Below are positions 35,664-45,807 of a stretch of DNA of 64,000 nucleotides, piece by piece. The notes below the pieces were generated by a model that had not been told where the DNA came from, ran no database searches, and was given only the letters and a program-made list of their open reading frames with translations. The first letter of the stretch is position 1; the number at the start of each line of letters is the position of its first letter. The translations under genes were made by a program, and so were the position numbers. This DNA is from Schizochytrium sp. TIO01 (lineage: Eukaryota > Protista > Bigyra: Labyrinthulomycetes): NCBI GenBank assembly GCA_004764695.1, contig SMSO01000037.1:4316747-4380746 (forward strand). Direction: 5' to 3'.

Positions 35664-37505
35664 ATGACAGACCCAGATAGTCGTATCAATGATTACGTGA
35701 ACAGGATTCGGGCCATGGGCCACCACCCAGACAAAATCACTATCAACACTCTTACGATGGTGGCAGGCGACGTTAAAAAGGGCAATGTCAGTGGTGTAAC
35801 ACCTGAAAATATTGTAAGAGCTATTGAGGCAAGACTTCTTCGGGCGCCGCCTAGAGAAAAACTGACTCCAATGTATCTGATGGACTCCATCATGTACAAC
35901 GTTCAGGATCCATACCCTGAGCTTTTTGCACGAGGTTTACCTAACCTTTTTATGGATACTTTTAGGTCTGTTGATGATAATGGAAAGGCCCAACTTCGTA
36001 AGCTTTTAGATGCCTGGCCTCGTCGGAGGCCAGATCAAGGAGCCCTTCCACCGCGGGTCTTGGCCGATATTTTTGGACGCCTTGACCGGAGATTTGACGT
36101 TGAAGGTTTCGTTCGTAAACAAGAACAAATGTTTCCTCAGTTTCTGTCGAGTCAGCCGCACCAGCAGCCGCACCAGCAGCCGCACCAACAACAACAACAA
36201 CAGCACCAGCACCAGCAACAAGTACAAGGTCACAACTACCCCAGTCACCAATCATATGGGCACCATCCACAGTACCCCCAGCATCACCATCATGGTGGAC
36301 CTCCACAACGTAGTGTTACTCCCCCCCAAGGAGGAGAACACGCCATGCCAGCTCCTTTGAGCACGACTGTTACGCAAGACCAATATGACCAAATGCTGGT
36401 CGAGCGGGCGACCAAAATCCTAGCTAATTTGCAAGATACACTTGAGGTGTCTGAGGCTGAACGAATCCAGTTGAACGATCTGCCAGACCGCCCGGAGTTA
36501 TGGCAACAAGTCTACGATATTGCTCGAGCAGAACTTAGCGCTGCGGGTATCACTGTGCATACTGGGCCAACAGCAAACACCCGTCTTGCCCCAACCTATG
36601 TTTCAAGTTCCCAACCTTCCGCATTCCAGCCCCACCGAGAGTTGCACTATGGACAGGGGTCATTCCCTTCACACGTTGGAGGGCCTAACATGAGTCAACC
36701 CCCCCCGGCAATGGCTCAACCCCCCCAACAACCAGTCCATCAACATCAAGCTCCGCAACAACCATCTCAACATGAAACTCATTATTCGCAGGCACCCCGT
36801 ACTCCTCCGCTGGCGCCAAGTCCAAAGCCTCGCCAGGCATGGGATATCGAGTCTTTACGCGATACAACACAAGCAGTACAAATTGCCACAACATTGTACC
36901 AAATGTGTCAGCCAGATGGGTCTTATTTAGACTCGATCTCAGGTCTTCGGTTTGCTGATGAAGATAAATTGCAAAAGTACAAAAACGAGCGTGAAACGAT
37001 TGAAAAGGAACTTCATGCTGCTAGCAAAGAGCCTCCGGCAAACAAAATGCTTCGTCGTGCTTGGTTCAATACCTTAAGTGCGTGGCAGAAGGGTTCAGCT
37101 CAAGAAACTCGTATTGAACAGTCAGGCTTTGATGTGAGCGGTGACGATTTGGATGACCTGGATGACGCTGAGGGTGCAGAGGGTGCAAACTCAGCATTTA
37201 ACAAACAAACTAGCAACCTTTCTTTGGAGAGTGATACGTTTGGGGCCGGAGTGGCTATTGATGAATCTCAAACGCATTGCGCCTTGACCGGGGAAGAGTT
37301 CGAAAAGACGCTTGATGAGGATTCTGGCCAATGGGTTTATAAAGATACGACCCGGGATTCACAAGGCCGCATTGTCATTGCCTCTGCTTACTATGAGCAG
37401 CAAGCAAAGAAACGACAACGTGAAGATAGTCAATCAGGTCAGCACGGGGATGCTGCTGATAAAGAAATCGCAGAACCCAGTTCTAAACAACAGAGACATT
37501 CATGA
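35664..37505 (+). CDS. PCF11: Pre-mRNA cleavage factor PCF11 (CID domain), zinc fingers degenerate
   Basis: CID: KITINTLTMVA, KLTPMYLMDSIMYNV, YPELF, LRKLLDAW. GLRF, RAWF and CALTGEEFE...GQWVYKD segments match PCF11 C-terminal motifs; Q/H/P-rich linker. Confidence 0.88.
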   Translation: MTDPDSRINDYVNRIRAMGHHPDKITINTLTMVAGDVKKGNVSGVTPENIVRAIEARLLRAPPREKLTPMYLMDSIMYNVQDPYPELFARGLPNLFMDTFRSVDDNGKAQLRKLLDAWPRRRPDQGALPPRVLADIFGRLDRRFDVEGFVRKQEQMFPQFLSSQPHQQPHQQPHQQQQQQHQHQQQVQGHNYPSHQSYGHHPQYPQHHHHGGPPQRSVTPPQGGEHAMPAPLSTTVTQDQYDQMLVERATKILANLQDTLEVSEAERIQLNDLPDRPELWQQVYDIARAELSAAGITVHTGPTANTRLAPTYVSSSQPSAFQPHRELHYGQGSFPSHVGGPNMSQPPPAMAQPPQQPVHQHQAPQQPSQHETHYSQAPRTPPLAPSPKPRQAWDIESLRDTTQAVQIATTLYQMCQPDGSYLDSISGLRFADEDKLQKYKNERETIEKELHAASKEPPANKMLRRAWFNTLSAWQKGSAQETRIEQSGFDVSGDDLDDLDDAEGAEGANSAFNKQTSNLSLESDTFGAGVAIDESQTHCALTGEEFEKTLDEDSGQWVYKDTTRDSQGRIVIASAYYEQQAKKRQREDSQSGQHGDAADKEIAEPSSKQQRHS

Positions 37506-38384
37506 AGCAAACTACTAATCATTTCTTTTTCTTTTTCTTCCTGGCCAGAGAGATGCGGCAGTGTGTCTTTAGCTGACTTCTCTAACATTTAACTTGACCT
37601 AAAGTATGAGCAGTTTTAATCCTGAACGACTAAATGAAGCTACCAGTGTTGGGACTATTGGTTCGAGGAGGTCGTGTTAAGGATCTACCTAGAGTTCTCT
37701 GTTTCGTTGTTGATCCCCCTAATTGATTGATCCTTGTTTTAAGAATTGCACCAAGAAAGTAGAACAAAAACAGTTTTAGTTAAGTGACAACTCTATATAG
37801 ACCAAATCTGACCGCTGTTTAATGAATTTCCTTCGTAATACAGAATTTAAAATATAGAAATTGTAATAAAAAATGAGGCAAACACCCAGGCCTCCTCATG
37901 ATATGGCGAAGCTTGTGCACTCTTCAAGCTCTAATGCTATGGTTATAATTATAAAAGCAGGAAAACTAGATGTTTTCTGCGAAATACAATTTCCTTTGCT
38001 CGCTTGACCCCTTCGTGTGTATCACAGTGATTCAATTCAATATGCATGTACCTGCAGTTTATTTACTTCTGAATTCGTCTTTGGTTCCGAGTCGGTTCCG
38101 TGCTTATATCCGTTCGGTGTACTTAATGAACCATTTTATGGTGGTTTTCTAGCAGATTTTTAAAAGAATGAGATAAACAAGACATTTATTAATTCATAGG
38201 ACTAGAATTTAATATAAACTACTTGAAGAAGATATGCAACATATTTTATGGTTATCTAAAAGGGGTGCTAATGAAAAGGTCGTTTCCTGAGGGAGTTCGA
38301 TTGAATGGGATGAGCCTGGCAGCAAGCAGTCACTTAGGGCCTGCGTCGGCTGTAGCATCCGGCACAGGATAAAGCGGCGTAGCA

Positions 38385-39875
38385 ATGGCTGCTGAGTACA
38401 CTGCCTGGGTTGCACGTGAAGTGCATTTTGCTGCTCTTACGTGGTTCTTTGCAAGTCTTTCTCGCGCTCTGTGCTTCGGAATTAGTGATGAAGATGCAAG
38501 AGCATGGGCAGACAGTGAGGACTCGCCTATATTTTCGAGTGCTTTCAACTTAGAGTGGCTAGTTGTGACCGTCGTTAAGAATCTTGTTTGTTTACTCTTA
38601 CTCTCGTTCGAAGCCGCTCTTGTCACGAAGTTCTACAAACTATTTGTGTTCACAGATGACGAGCTCGACACTAGTTTTTCTGAACGTTACCTTGGCGTTA
38701 TTATCACGACAGCGTTTTTAGTTGTATTCGGCATTCTTTCCATACCATTATTAGCAAAGTCCCTTGATCAGGTACAGGCTAGTGGAGGGCTTATACTTAT
38801 GGCAATCATTGATTGGCTTTGGATACTGTCCACTTTCTGGATAGTTCGGGGACTCGTGTTCGCTGTACAGAGACATATTCAAGGTAAAGTTAAAAATAGA
38901 GCGTCAAAATATGAACGCTCTAGTGCAAACCACACATCACCACCTGCTGGATCTGATGATTTAGGTTTTTTTTTTCCACGAAAGCAAAGTGAAATTGACA
39001 ATTTCTCAGCCGGGCGAAGTACCGATACTAGTCAATCTTCTGCAGGTAGTAGAGGTCATATATACTTAAATCCTACTCCACTCAATACACACAAAGATAT
39101 AGAGGTTGTTGTATTTCAAGATCAGCCGTCGGTCAAGAAATTGCCTCCCGGGCTTTTCAAGAACTCTTCAGTGCGTACCCCCCCCCCTCCACCTCCCAAG
39201 CTGAAGGAACATGAAAAACAAAGTCTAGGATTTATACAATCCAAAACTTCGACTAGCTCTAAAGAAGATCCAGGATACAGTAATACTAAACAAGAAAATG
39301 CTCGTGAGGGTTTTGCAGAGCGCGTACGAAACAAGAATCCGCACACGCATTCTTCAACCGGTGGGGTGGCTGTTAAAAGATATAAGAACCTGGATTCGGT
39401 TTTTACAAAGCCTGGAACTGAACAATCCACCAGTGTAGATGCCAAAATAAAATCAGATGATGTTGAGGAAACAATCCCCTTCAACATTGAAACAATTAAA
39501 GATTTCGATCACCTGATGGAATCCGGCTTCTGCTGTACACACATCAACACTCCTGTTCAGAGCGTCGAAAATGATGTTGAAATTTACCCCACTTCCGTCG
39601 TAGACCTAGCCGTTGCGACGTACTTATGGGATGCTCCGCATTCGCTTGCCCGATTGCAAACCGCTCATGAAAACATCACGATAGCTGTTGCTCAGCCAGA
39701 GAAGCATGGGTTTCCCATTTCTCTCTCCAGAGCGCTACTTGGACTTGTACGAGGAAGTACGGCATCTATTGTTGTCGCACAGTTACCCGGGGAGAGCAAG
39801 AAAAAGGTTGCCAAAATTGAAGAAAGCGACCCAGAGTGGTTAATATTTCAGGTGACAGTCAAACGTGTGCAGTGA
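38385..39875 (+). CDS. Multi-pass membrane protein with poly-Pro segment and divergent C-terminal FKBP-like domain
   Basis: About 4 hydrophobic helices in aa 15-160; TPPPPPPKL; C-terminal LSRALLGLVRGSTASIVV...WLIFQVTVKRV resembles FKBP 'al.gm..Ge.a.i...LiFeVell'. Confidence 0.7.
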   Translation: MAAEYTAWVAREVHFAALTWFFASLSRALCFGISDEDARAWADSEDSPIFSSAFNLEWLVVTVVKNLVCLLLLSFEAALVTKFYKLFVFTDDELDTSFSERYLGVIITTAFLVVFGILSIPLLAKSLDQVQASGGLILMAIIDWLWILSTFWIVRGLVFAVQRHIQGKVKNRASKYERSSANHTSPPAGSDDLGFFFPRKQSEIDNFSAGRSTDTSQSSAGSRGHIYLNPTPLNTHKDIEVVVFQDQPSVKKLPPGLFKNSSVRTPPPPPPKLKEHEKQSLGFIQSKTSTSSKEDPGYSNTKQENAREGFAERVRNKNPHTHSSTGGVAVKRYKNLDSVFTKPGTEQSTSVDAKIKSDDVEETIPFNIETIKDFDHLMESGFCCTHINTPVQSVENDVEIYPTSVVDLAVATYLWDAPHSLARLQTAHENITIAVAQPEKHGFPISLSRALLGLVRGSTASIVVAQLPGESKKKVAKIEESDPEWLIFQVTVKRVQ

Positions 39876-40130
39876 TGTTTTGTCTTGTCTTTATATCAAA
39901 AGGTGCATACATTTTTGAAATAATTTTTTTTTAAGCAGAGGAAAGTCTACGGACTGAGCTATCCTGAAAAGCACCAAACATAATATTAATCACTGAACTT
40001 GACTGAGACCTTTAACCCAGGTTTGTGGCACGTTGCAATGCAAAGAGCCTGTGCAATACATTAAAACTAATTCTAAAAAGAAAAATTGAAATTCTTTCTC
40101 GAAACAAAGCATCACCTTCATACGTAATAA

Positions 40131-41754
40131 TTAGAAAGGCGGTAGCCTAGCGAACTTTATTCTGTGCTTCAGCAATGTTTTTGGCAAAGGCTTGGGGGTT
40201 TTACGAGGATAGTCTGTTTGGTACTGGAACTGCATCGTCATGTTAGGATCGTCCAAAGCATTTCTGCGGGTTTTCTCCGAGTAGTTCTCAAAAAAACCTG
40301 TAAAACACGGATGGCTAAGAGCCTCACTTGCAGAAATTCGATCCTTTGAGTTAAGCTTCAGTATTTGCTCAAGGAGGTTCTGAAGACCAGGGTTTGGTGA
40401 AGACTCAGCGTGACGTGTCACAATTGTTCCTAATTGTTCTGTCGAAGGCCAGTTATGTGGGGAAGGCTTGTACTTTAAAAGTGATTTGTAGTGTGGCAAG
40501 CTCTCTACATTGGGCCAGTTTTCATTTGTGGAAATGCCTAGAACAGTAAACACTTGTTTACACTGGTCAGCTTCGAAATGTGTATCCTTCCCTTCATTCT
40601 GCCGTCCATCAAAAAGTGCCGAAGGAGCACGATAATCATGGGCAAATAACAGTTCTGCGAAAATATATCCGAAGGATCATACATCGACTGCAGTAGTATA
40701 ATGTTTCGCTCCAAGCGAAAGCTCAGGAGCACGGTACCAAAGAGTCACGACAGTCTTGTCAACAGTTCCGAGGGCAGCTGTGGGGCTTCGAAAGACTCGT
40801 GCAAGACCCATATCAGCCAGCTGCAAAGTTCTGCGTTTCTTTCCATCATCAATGACCAGAATATTATGGGGTTTAAAATCGCGGTGAAGAACCCAGTTTC
40901 GATGCATGTACTCTAAACCTTTAAGCATTTGACACATCATTGCTTTGCACATATAGTCGGAATATTTTCCTTACCATTGCGGTGTTTCCCCAATACATTG
41001 TCCAAAGTACATGCAGTAAAGTCCATCACAAGGGCGGCATCTCTCTCATTGTGATCGATCACAACATCAGTGAGCTGGACAATGTTTTCATGGTTCAGCT
41101 CGCGAAGAGGTTTGATTTCTCGTAGAGTACTAATGGATGTTACAGAAGGGCACTCCATTTCAACATTGCTACGCTTGATCATTTTAATTGCATACGCAGT
41201 TTCATCGCTATCATGTCCGGGGTTTCTCCACCTTTTAGCGCGGTAACTGAATTATGAGAAGTAAGTCCACAAAACACATCGTAGAGAAAGCCAAATTAGA
41301 TACCAAAGTTAGCCAACTTCCAACGTCCTCCAAATGTAAAATCTCTTTTTTCTCTGTGCACGGTTCGTATGAGTCCCATCACTACCACTGATGTCATTCT
41401 TGTACTCTGTATATCTTATCCAGATGCATAGGAATTGTATTTGAGGATTGAGGAAGGACGTCCCTTTTGAGTCAAAGCCGAAACTCTTTCAGTTATTTAT
41501 GGCAAAGGTGGATGCAATTAGACAGAGCAAAACATGGCACAAGATAGTGCACTTGAAAAGGGCGATCAAGGTTCACCGTCAGATTTGAAGAGCAAAGGGA
41601 AGCGCAGCCATGAACGTTTTGCTCCAAAGGGTTCAACTGACTGCGATCTGAACTCGGCCAAAAAATAAGTGGTACAAATAACTTTTACGTGACCATAAGT
41701 TCCCTCGCCAATCTCTCCTTCGAGTTCATATCGTGACAATAGCTCAGGACTCAT
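40131..41754 (-). pseudogene. CDK8: CDK8/CDK19-like kinase pseudogene (two exons, about 41754-41689 and 41246-40131)
   Basis: [60 protein letters not shown] (CDK8-type DMG). Lesions: out-of-phase splice junction, frameshift at ~40958, TGA replacing conserved Trp at 40677-40679. Confidence 0.85.
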
Positions 41755-43108
41755 CTTTTCCTCAGGGGCCAAAAGATGGCGCTCCGGGACAGTATTGGTA
41801 GCTCGGTCGATGTTGGGCCTCTTTCTTTGACTACTGCTATTACTACTGCTGCTGGTAATATGCACATACCAGTACCTAGATAGATTAGTGCTCCTCAATG
41901 GAGTAAGAGATACTAATGCTTTGTTTATCTCTTGACAGGCTATTTGTCTAGGGTCACTATTGCAACCAACATTCTTTTCTTCAGTAATACAACGCTGATA
42001 AGAATATCAAAGTGGCGAGATTCATACCACGTGTCCCACATGTACACAGAACAAAAGAACCAACGAAACCCTGCGTCGAGTTTTTTCACATTGTTTACAA
42101 AAAGACCCATAGAACAATTTGTTCTCACTTTTTCCTTCTGTTTAAGAAAGAATTCAAGCCTCAGTGGCTCATGTTTCTTCATTCCACCGGCAGGTTGTAG
42201 AAAAAGGGACAATTCATATCTTTGCGACGCATATTATCTAGGTACTTTTCATTGAAATAATGATGGCATTGATGCGTCGAACACACCAGACTCTTCTAAA
42301 AAATAGATGCACTCTTTCTATGATTGTTAGAACTTAGATCTCTCAGGTAGAAAATTCTTCGCTGGCTGCTTTAAAACAGCTTTCACCATTCAGGAACTGT
42401 CAGAAATTCTCTTTGCATTGTAAAAGTCAAGTTATTAAACAGTGATAAATGGTGAGCATATTCGAAATTGGTATATTATACTGATTTTCTACCAAGAAAT
42501 TTCGTCCTGGTCAGCTTGAAGGCCTCCGAGCACATTTAAATGGTACACTGTTGATAGAAATGTGAGGTGCAGTAAATGAACCACTATTAGTTTTCTGATA
42601 ATAAATAACCTTCAGATGATGTCCATTTGAGCTCGGCGTGCTATATGAAAGGTTCCACTGACAATCTGGAAATATATTTCTGCAAGGGGAATATACAAAA
42701 GGCAATCCCCTAGTGTGGTTTGCACTCGTCCATTGCGTTCAAAAAGTCTCCTTTTCTCTTTTTGTAAAAACTGAGTGTAGGAATTCTGGTGCATTTCTTT
42801 CAGATAATGCATGCTCACATTATGATCGTGATGAGTAGCAAGGGATTACTGGAATGAATCCTAGAAAATATCCTTATGCATGATTATGGAGTGTTAAAGG
42901 CAAAGGGGAAATACGAAGGAAATAAGTTTATTGATGGGACACTTTGCTTAGGTGGGCGCAGAAACTAAACTTATTTTTCTTGTACCTTGGGACTCTTCTC
43001 TCAATTGGTACCAGCAGACAACTTTGGGATTGACCAGTGTCTTAGTTTGACATCGGGCTCTACACAGAAAGGCTTTTTTTTTTTTTTGCTCTATAGCCTC
43101 CAGCGTAT

Positions 43109-43591
43109 TCACTTCTCGAGGGCAATGGCCTCGATCTCCACGACGGCATTGACTGGGAGAGTCTTGACGGCGTAAGCAGCACGCGCCGGCTTGTGGTTTC
43201 CAAATGCCTCAGCGTAAACCTCGTTGACCTTGGCGTAGTCGTTAATGTCAGTGAGCAGGACAGTGGTCTTGAGCACACGGTCCATAGAGGATCCAGCTGC
43301 CTCGAGGATGGCCTTAATGTTAGCGAGGGAGCGACGAGCCTGGCTCACAGCATCTGGGCCGTCAAATTTGTTGCTGCCAGGGATGAAGCCAACCTGGCCA
43401 GAGACGAAGATAAAGCCTCTGCCATCCTTGGTGGCCTGAACATACGGGCCAACCGCAGCGGGAGCCTTGTCAGTAACAACAACACTCACGCCAGGAGACT
43501 TACGGGCACGAACGAAAGCAAGGACTGCTACGCCGAGAGCAGCAGCAGCAGCAGCGAGAGCAGTGCCGCCGAAGGTGCCGTCAGAGACCAT
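43109..43591 (-). CDS. ridA: RidA (YjgF/YER057c/UK114) enamine/imine deaminase with N-terminal hydrophobic anchor
   Basis: APAAVGPYVQA, FVSGQVG, NIKAILEAAGSS, KTTVLLTDINDYAKVNEVY, KPARAA (catalytic Arg), LP...VEIEAIA. Confidence 0.95.
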   Translation of the reverse strand: MVSDGTFGGTALAAAAAALGVAVLAFVRARKSPGVSVVVTDKAPAAVGPYVQATKDGRGFIFVSGQVGFIPGSNKFDGPDAVSQARRSLANIKAILEAAGSSMDRVLKTTVLLTDINDYAKVNEVYAEAFGNHKPARAAYAVKTLPVNAVVEIEAIALEK

Positions 43592-44217
43592 CTTTAGACT
43601 TGGAGTGTTTTACTTGTGGGCTTGAGTTGAACTAAGAGCCTCAATGAGGAGCTTGGTTTCGAAGTTAAGGCGTTTGGGGTTTGCTGCAAAGTGGAGATCT
43701 GTCTTAGAATTGCTGATGGTTCTACCTAATCAATCAATTTCCAGAGATTATAACTCACCATCATAGGGTAACAGGTTTTATTTAGTATTCCCCTAGGTAA
43801 TTCTGATTAGGTACTCTGAAGTATTACTATTATCCTCATTATTATTTTTTGTTGTTGGTAGTAGCAGTATTGTTATTATTATTATTAGTAGTAGTAGTAT
43901 TGTAGGTTGTATCATCGATTAGGGATCGATCTATGATGATCAGGGATAGCGAAGGCCATGATAGATCACAAAAGATAATTCATGGCAAGTTGAATAAGCT
44001 ACTTTACTACACACAACCTTCTACCAGGGCCTAATAGATTGCTTGAGTGTAAATGCTCTCTCGGGGCCTTCAAGTTGTCAAACTTTTCTTCTTTTCTTCT
44101 TTCCGAATGGTCTTCTTCTTTTCTTCGAATGGTCTTGACTTGAAGAAGGCTGCGAACAGACAGTTCGGTAGTCAGTGAAGCTAGGCAGGTAGGTGGTACC
44201 TATCTACCTGCCTAACT

Positions 44218-44293
44218 TGAGTGATTGTTTTGGCTTGAGTTTGACCTTCAAAAGCTGAAGATTTAACTCATTGCCTCTGACTAGTGAGAGTGG
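44218..44293 (+). repeat. Dispersed two-box element copy
   Basis: TGAGTGATTGTTTTGG...TTTAACTC..TGCCTCTGACTAGTGAGAGTGG. Confidence 0.8.
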
Positions 44294-45807
44294 ACCTTCT
44301 ACAATTGATGGAGTGGGCGCGTTAAATGTGACATTCAACCGAATATCTAACACTAAGGCCTAGAGAATTTCTGATACATCTTTGTATATTTCGTCTAAAA
44401 AGTGAAGAAGACCAAGAAGAAATAAAGCCTGAGGTACCAAGGTAGTGAGCAGTGAGTGAGTGAGTGAGTGAGAGCGTGAGTGCCCTCTATTCTGACGAGG
44501 TGGTGCCAATAAGAATGATCTGATGAAGTTATCAATGGCGGGATAGATGCACAAAATTCCCGGCGCCGACCTGGTCGATGACGCTTCTCGCGCTTTCGGA
44601 TGCCCAAGATCTGAGCTGCGAACCCTTTCATCTGTGAGAAGATTGAGTTGTCAGGCAAAGAAGAAACCGGGAATACTCCAGAGATTGATAGAAATTTAGT
44701 TAGGCAGGTAGGCTAGAATCACTACTATAGCAGTGGTACCTACTAATAATAAGTAGAGAGAGAGGCTAGTAATTGACTTGTTTGTTTGCTACCCACGGGA
44801 TTACAAGATAAAAGTCGCGATACTTTGAGGTGCTTCCATCGGCACCGAGCGCTACTTGGCCCAATTTATAAGTCAGCTTAAACCGCAGGGTGATGATTTG
44901 TGACTTGAAGATCACAGAAGTTGAAAGGAGGGCTTCAATGCCTCCCAATCTTCAACTTCTGAACCCATTCACTGTTTCTTTCTCAAGAGCTCGAAGCTGG
45001 ACTAAGCTGGATAGTTCAATATTAGCTACACTAATCTCATATCACTTGCATTTACCTCTGTCTATGAGCAACCCAACATCCCAGAAGGACCAAAACGCGC
45101 AGAACGCAGTGAAGTCCTACCAGCACCTTATGCCCTGCAACTTGTTTGAGCTACGACGATTATGGGCTTTTAAAAGTTGTTCTTCAGAAAAGGATCAGGT
45201 AGCAGCTCTTGCTTAAACTTAGGCAAGGATTCACAATTTGACTTAGCGCTTGAAAGTATGTCAAGGTAAACGAAGCAAACCACGCCCATAGCTTACCCTT
45301 ACAGTAATCACGAGTCCCCCTTAATGCGTTTAGATGCGAAGTGGTAACTAAATAAAAAATTAAATAAAAGAAACCAGACCCGAAGGGGAGTGCTACTGAT
45401 TTGTGAGATTAGTTAGGTTGAAAGCAATCCTGCGCTCATGATGGTTTTGAGAAATAGCTGTGATGTTGCTTCTGCTGGTACTATTCTGAATATTCAACTA
45501 TTAGTAACTAGGCCTATTCTTTGAACTTTATGTTTTTTAATTTTAATTATACTTTTTTAAAAACATAAATAAATGTCATACTTCTCTTAGAAAATGGCTC
45601 TAAAATCTTTCAGTTATTCTCGAGATGAAAGCAATGTCCCCTGAGAAAAAATTCGAGACTTTTTGTATTACCATGACCCTTGCCCTAGTTGAGATGGGTC
45701 GTGTTTTACAGCGAATGAGCAAAACAGAAGACGAGTTTAAAACTAGAAATTATTGTTGATATTTGAAGCTAAGAGTTTTGACAACGATACCCACCATTAC
45801 TGATTGA

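Noticed and set aside
40677-40679. TGA read as Trp (variant genetic code) or selenocysteine
   Set aside because: TGA terminates several intact genes here (rsmH, PCF11, PhyH), and the same gene carries independent frameshifts.
41940-42820. Short AT-rich ORFs upstream of the CDK8 pseudogene
   Set aside because: No motifs; not supportable as genes.
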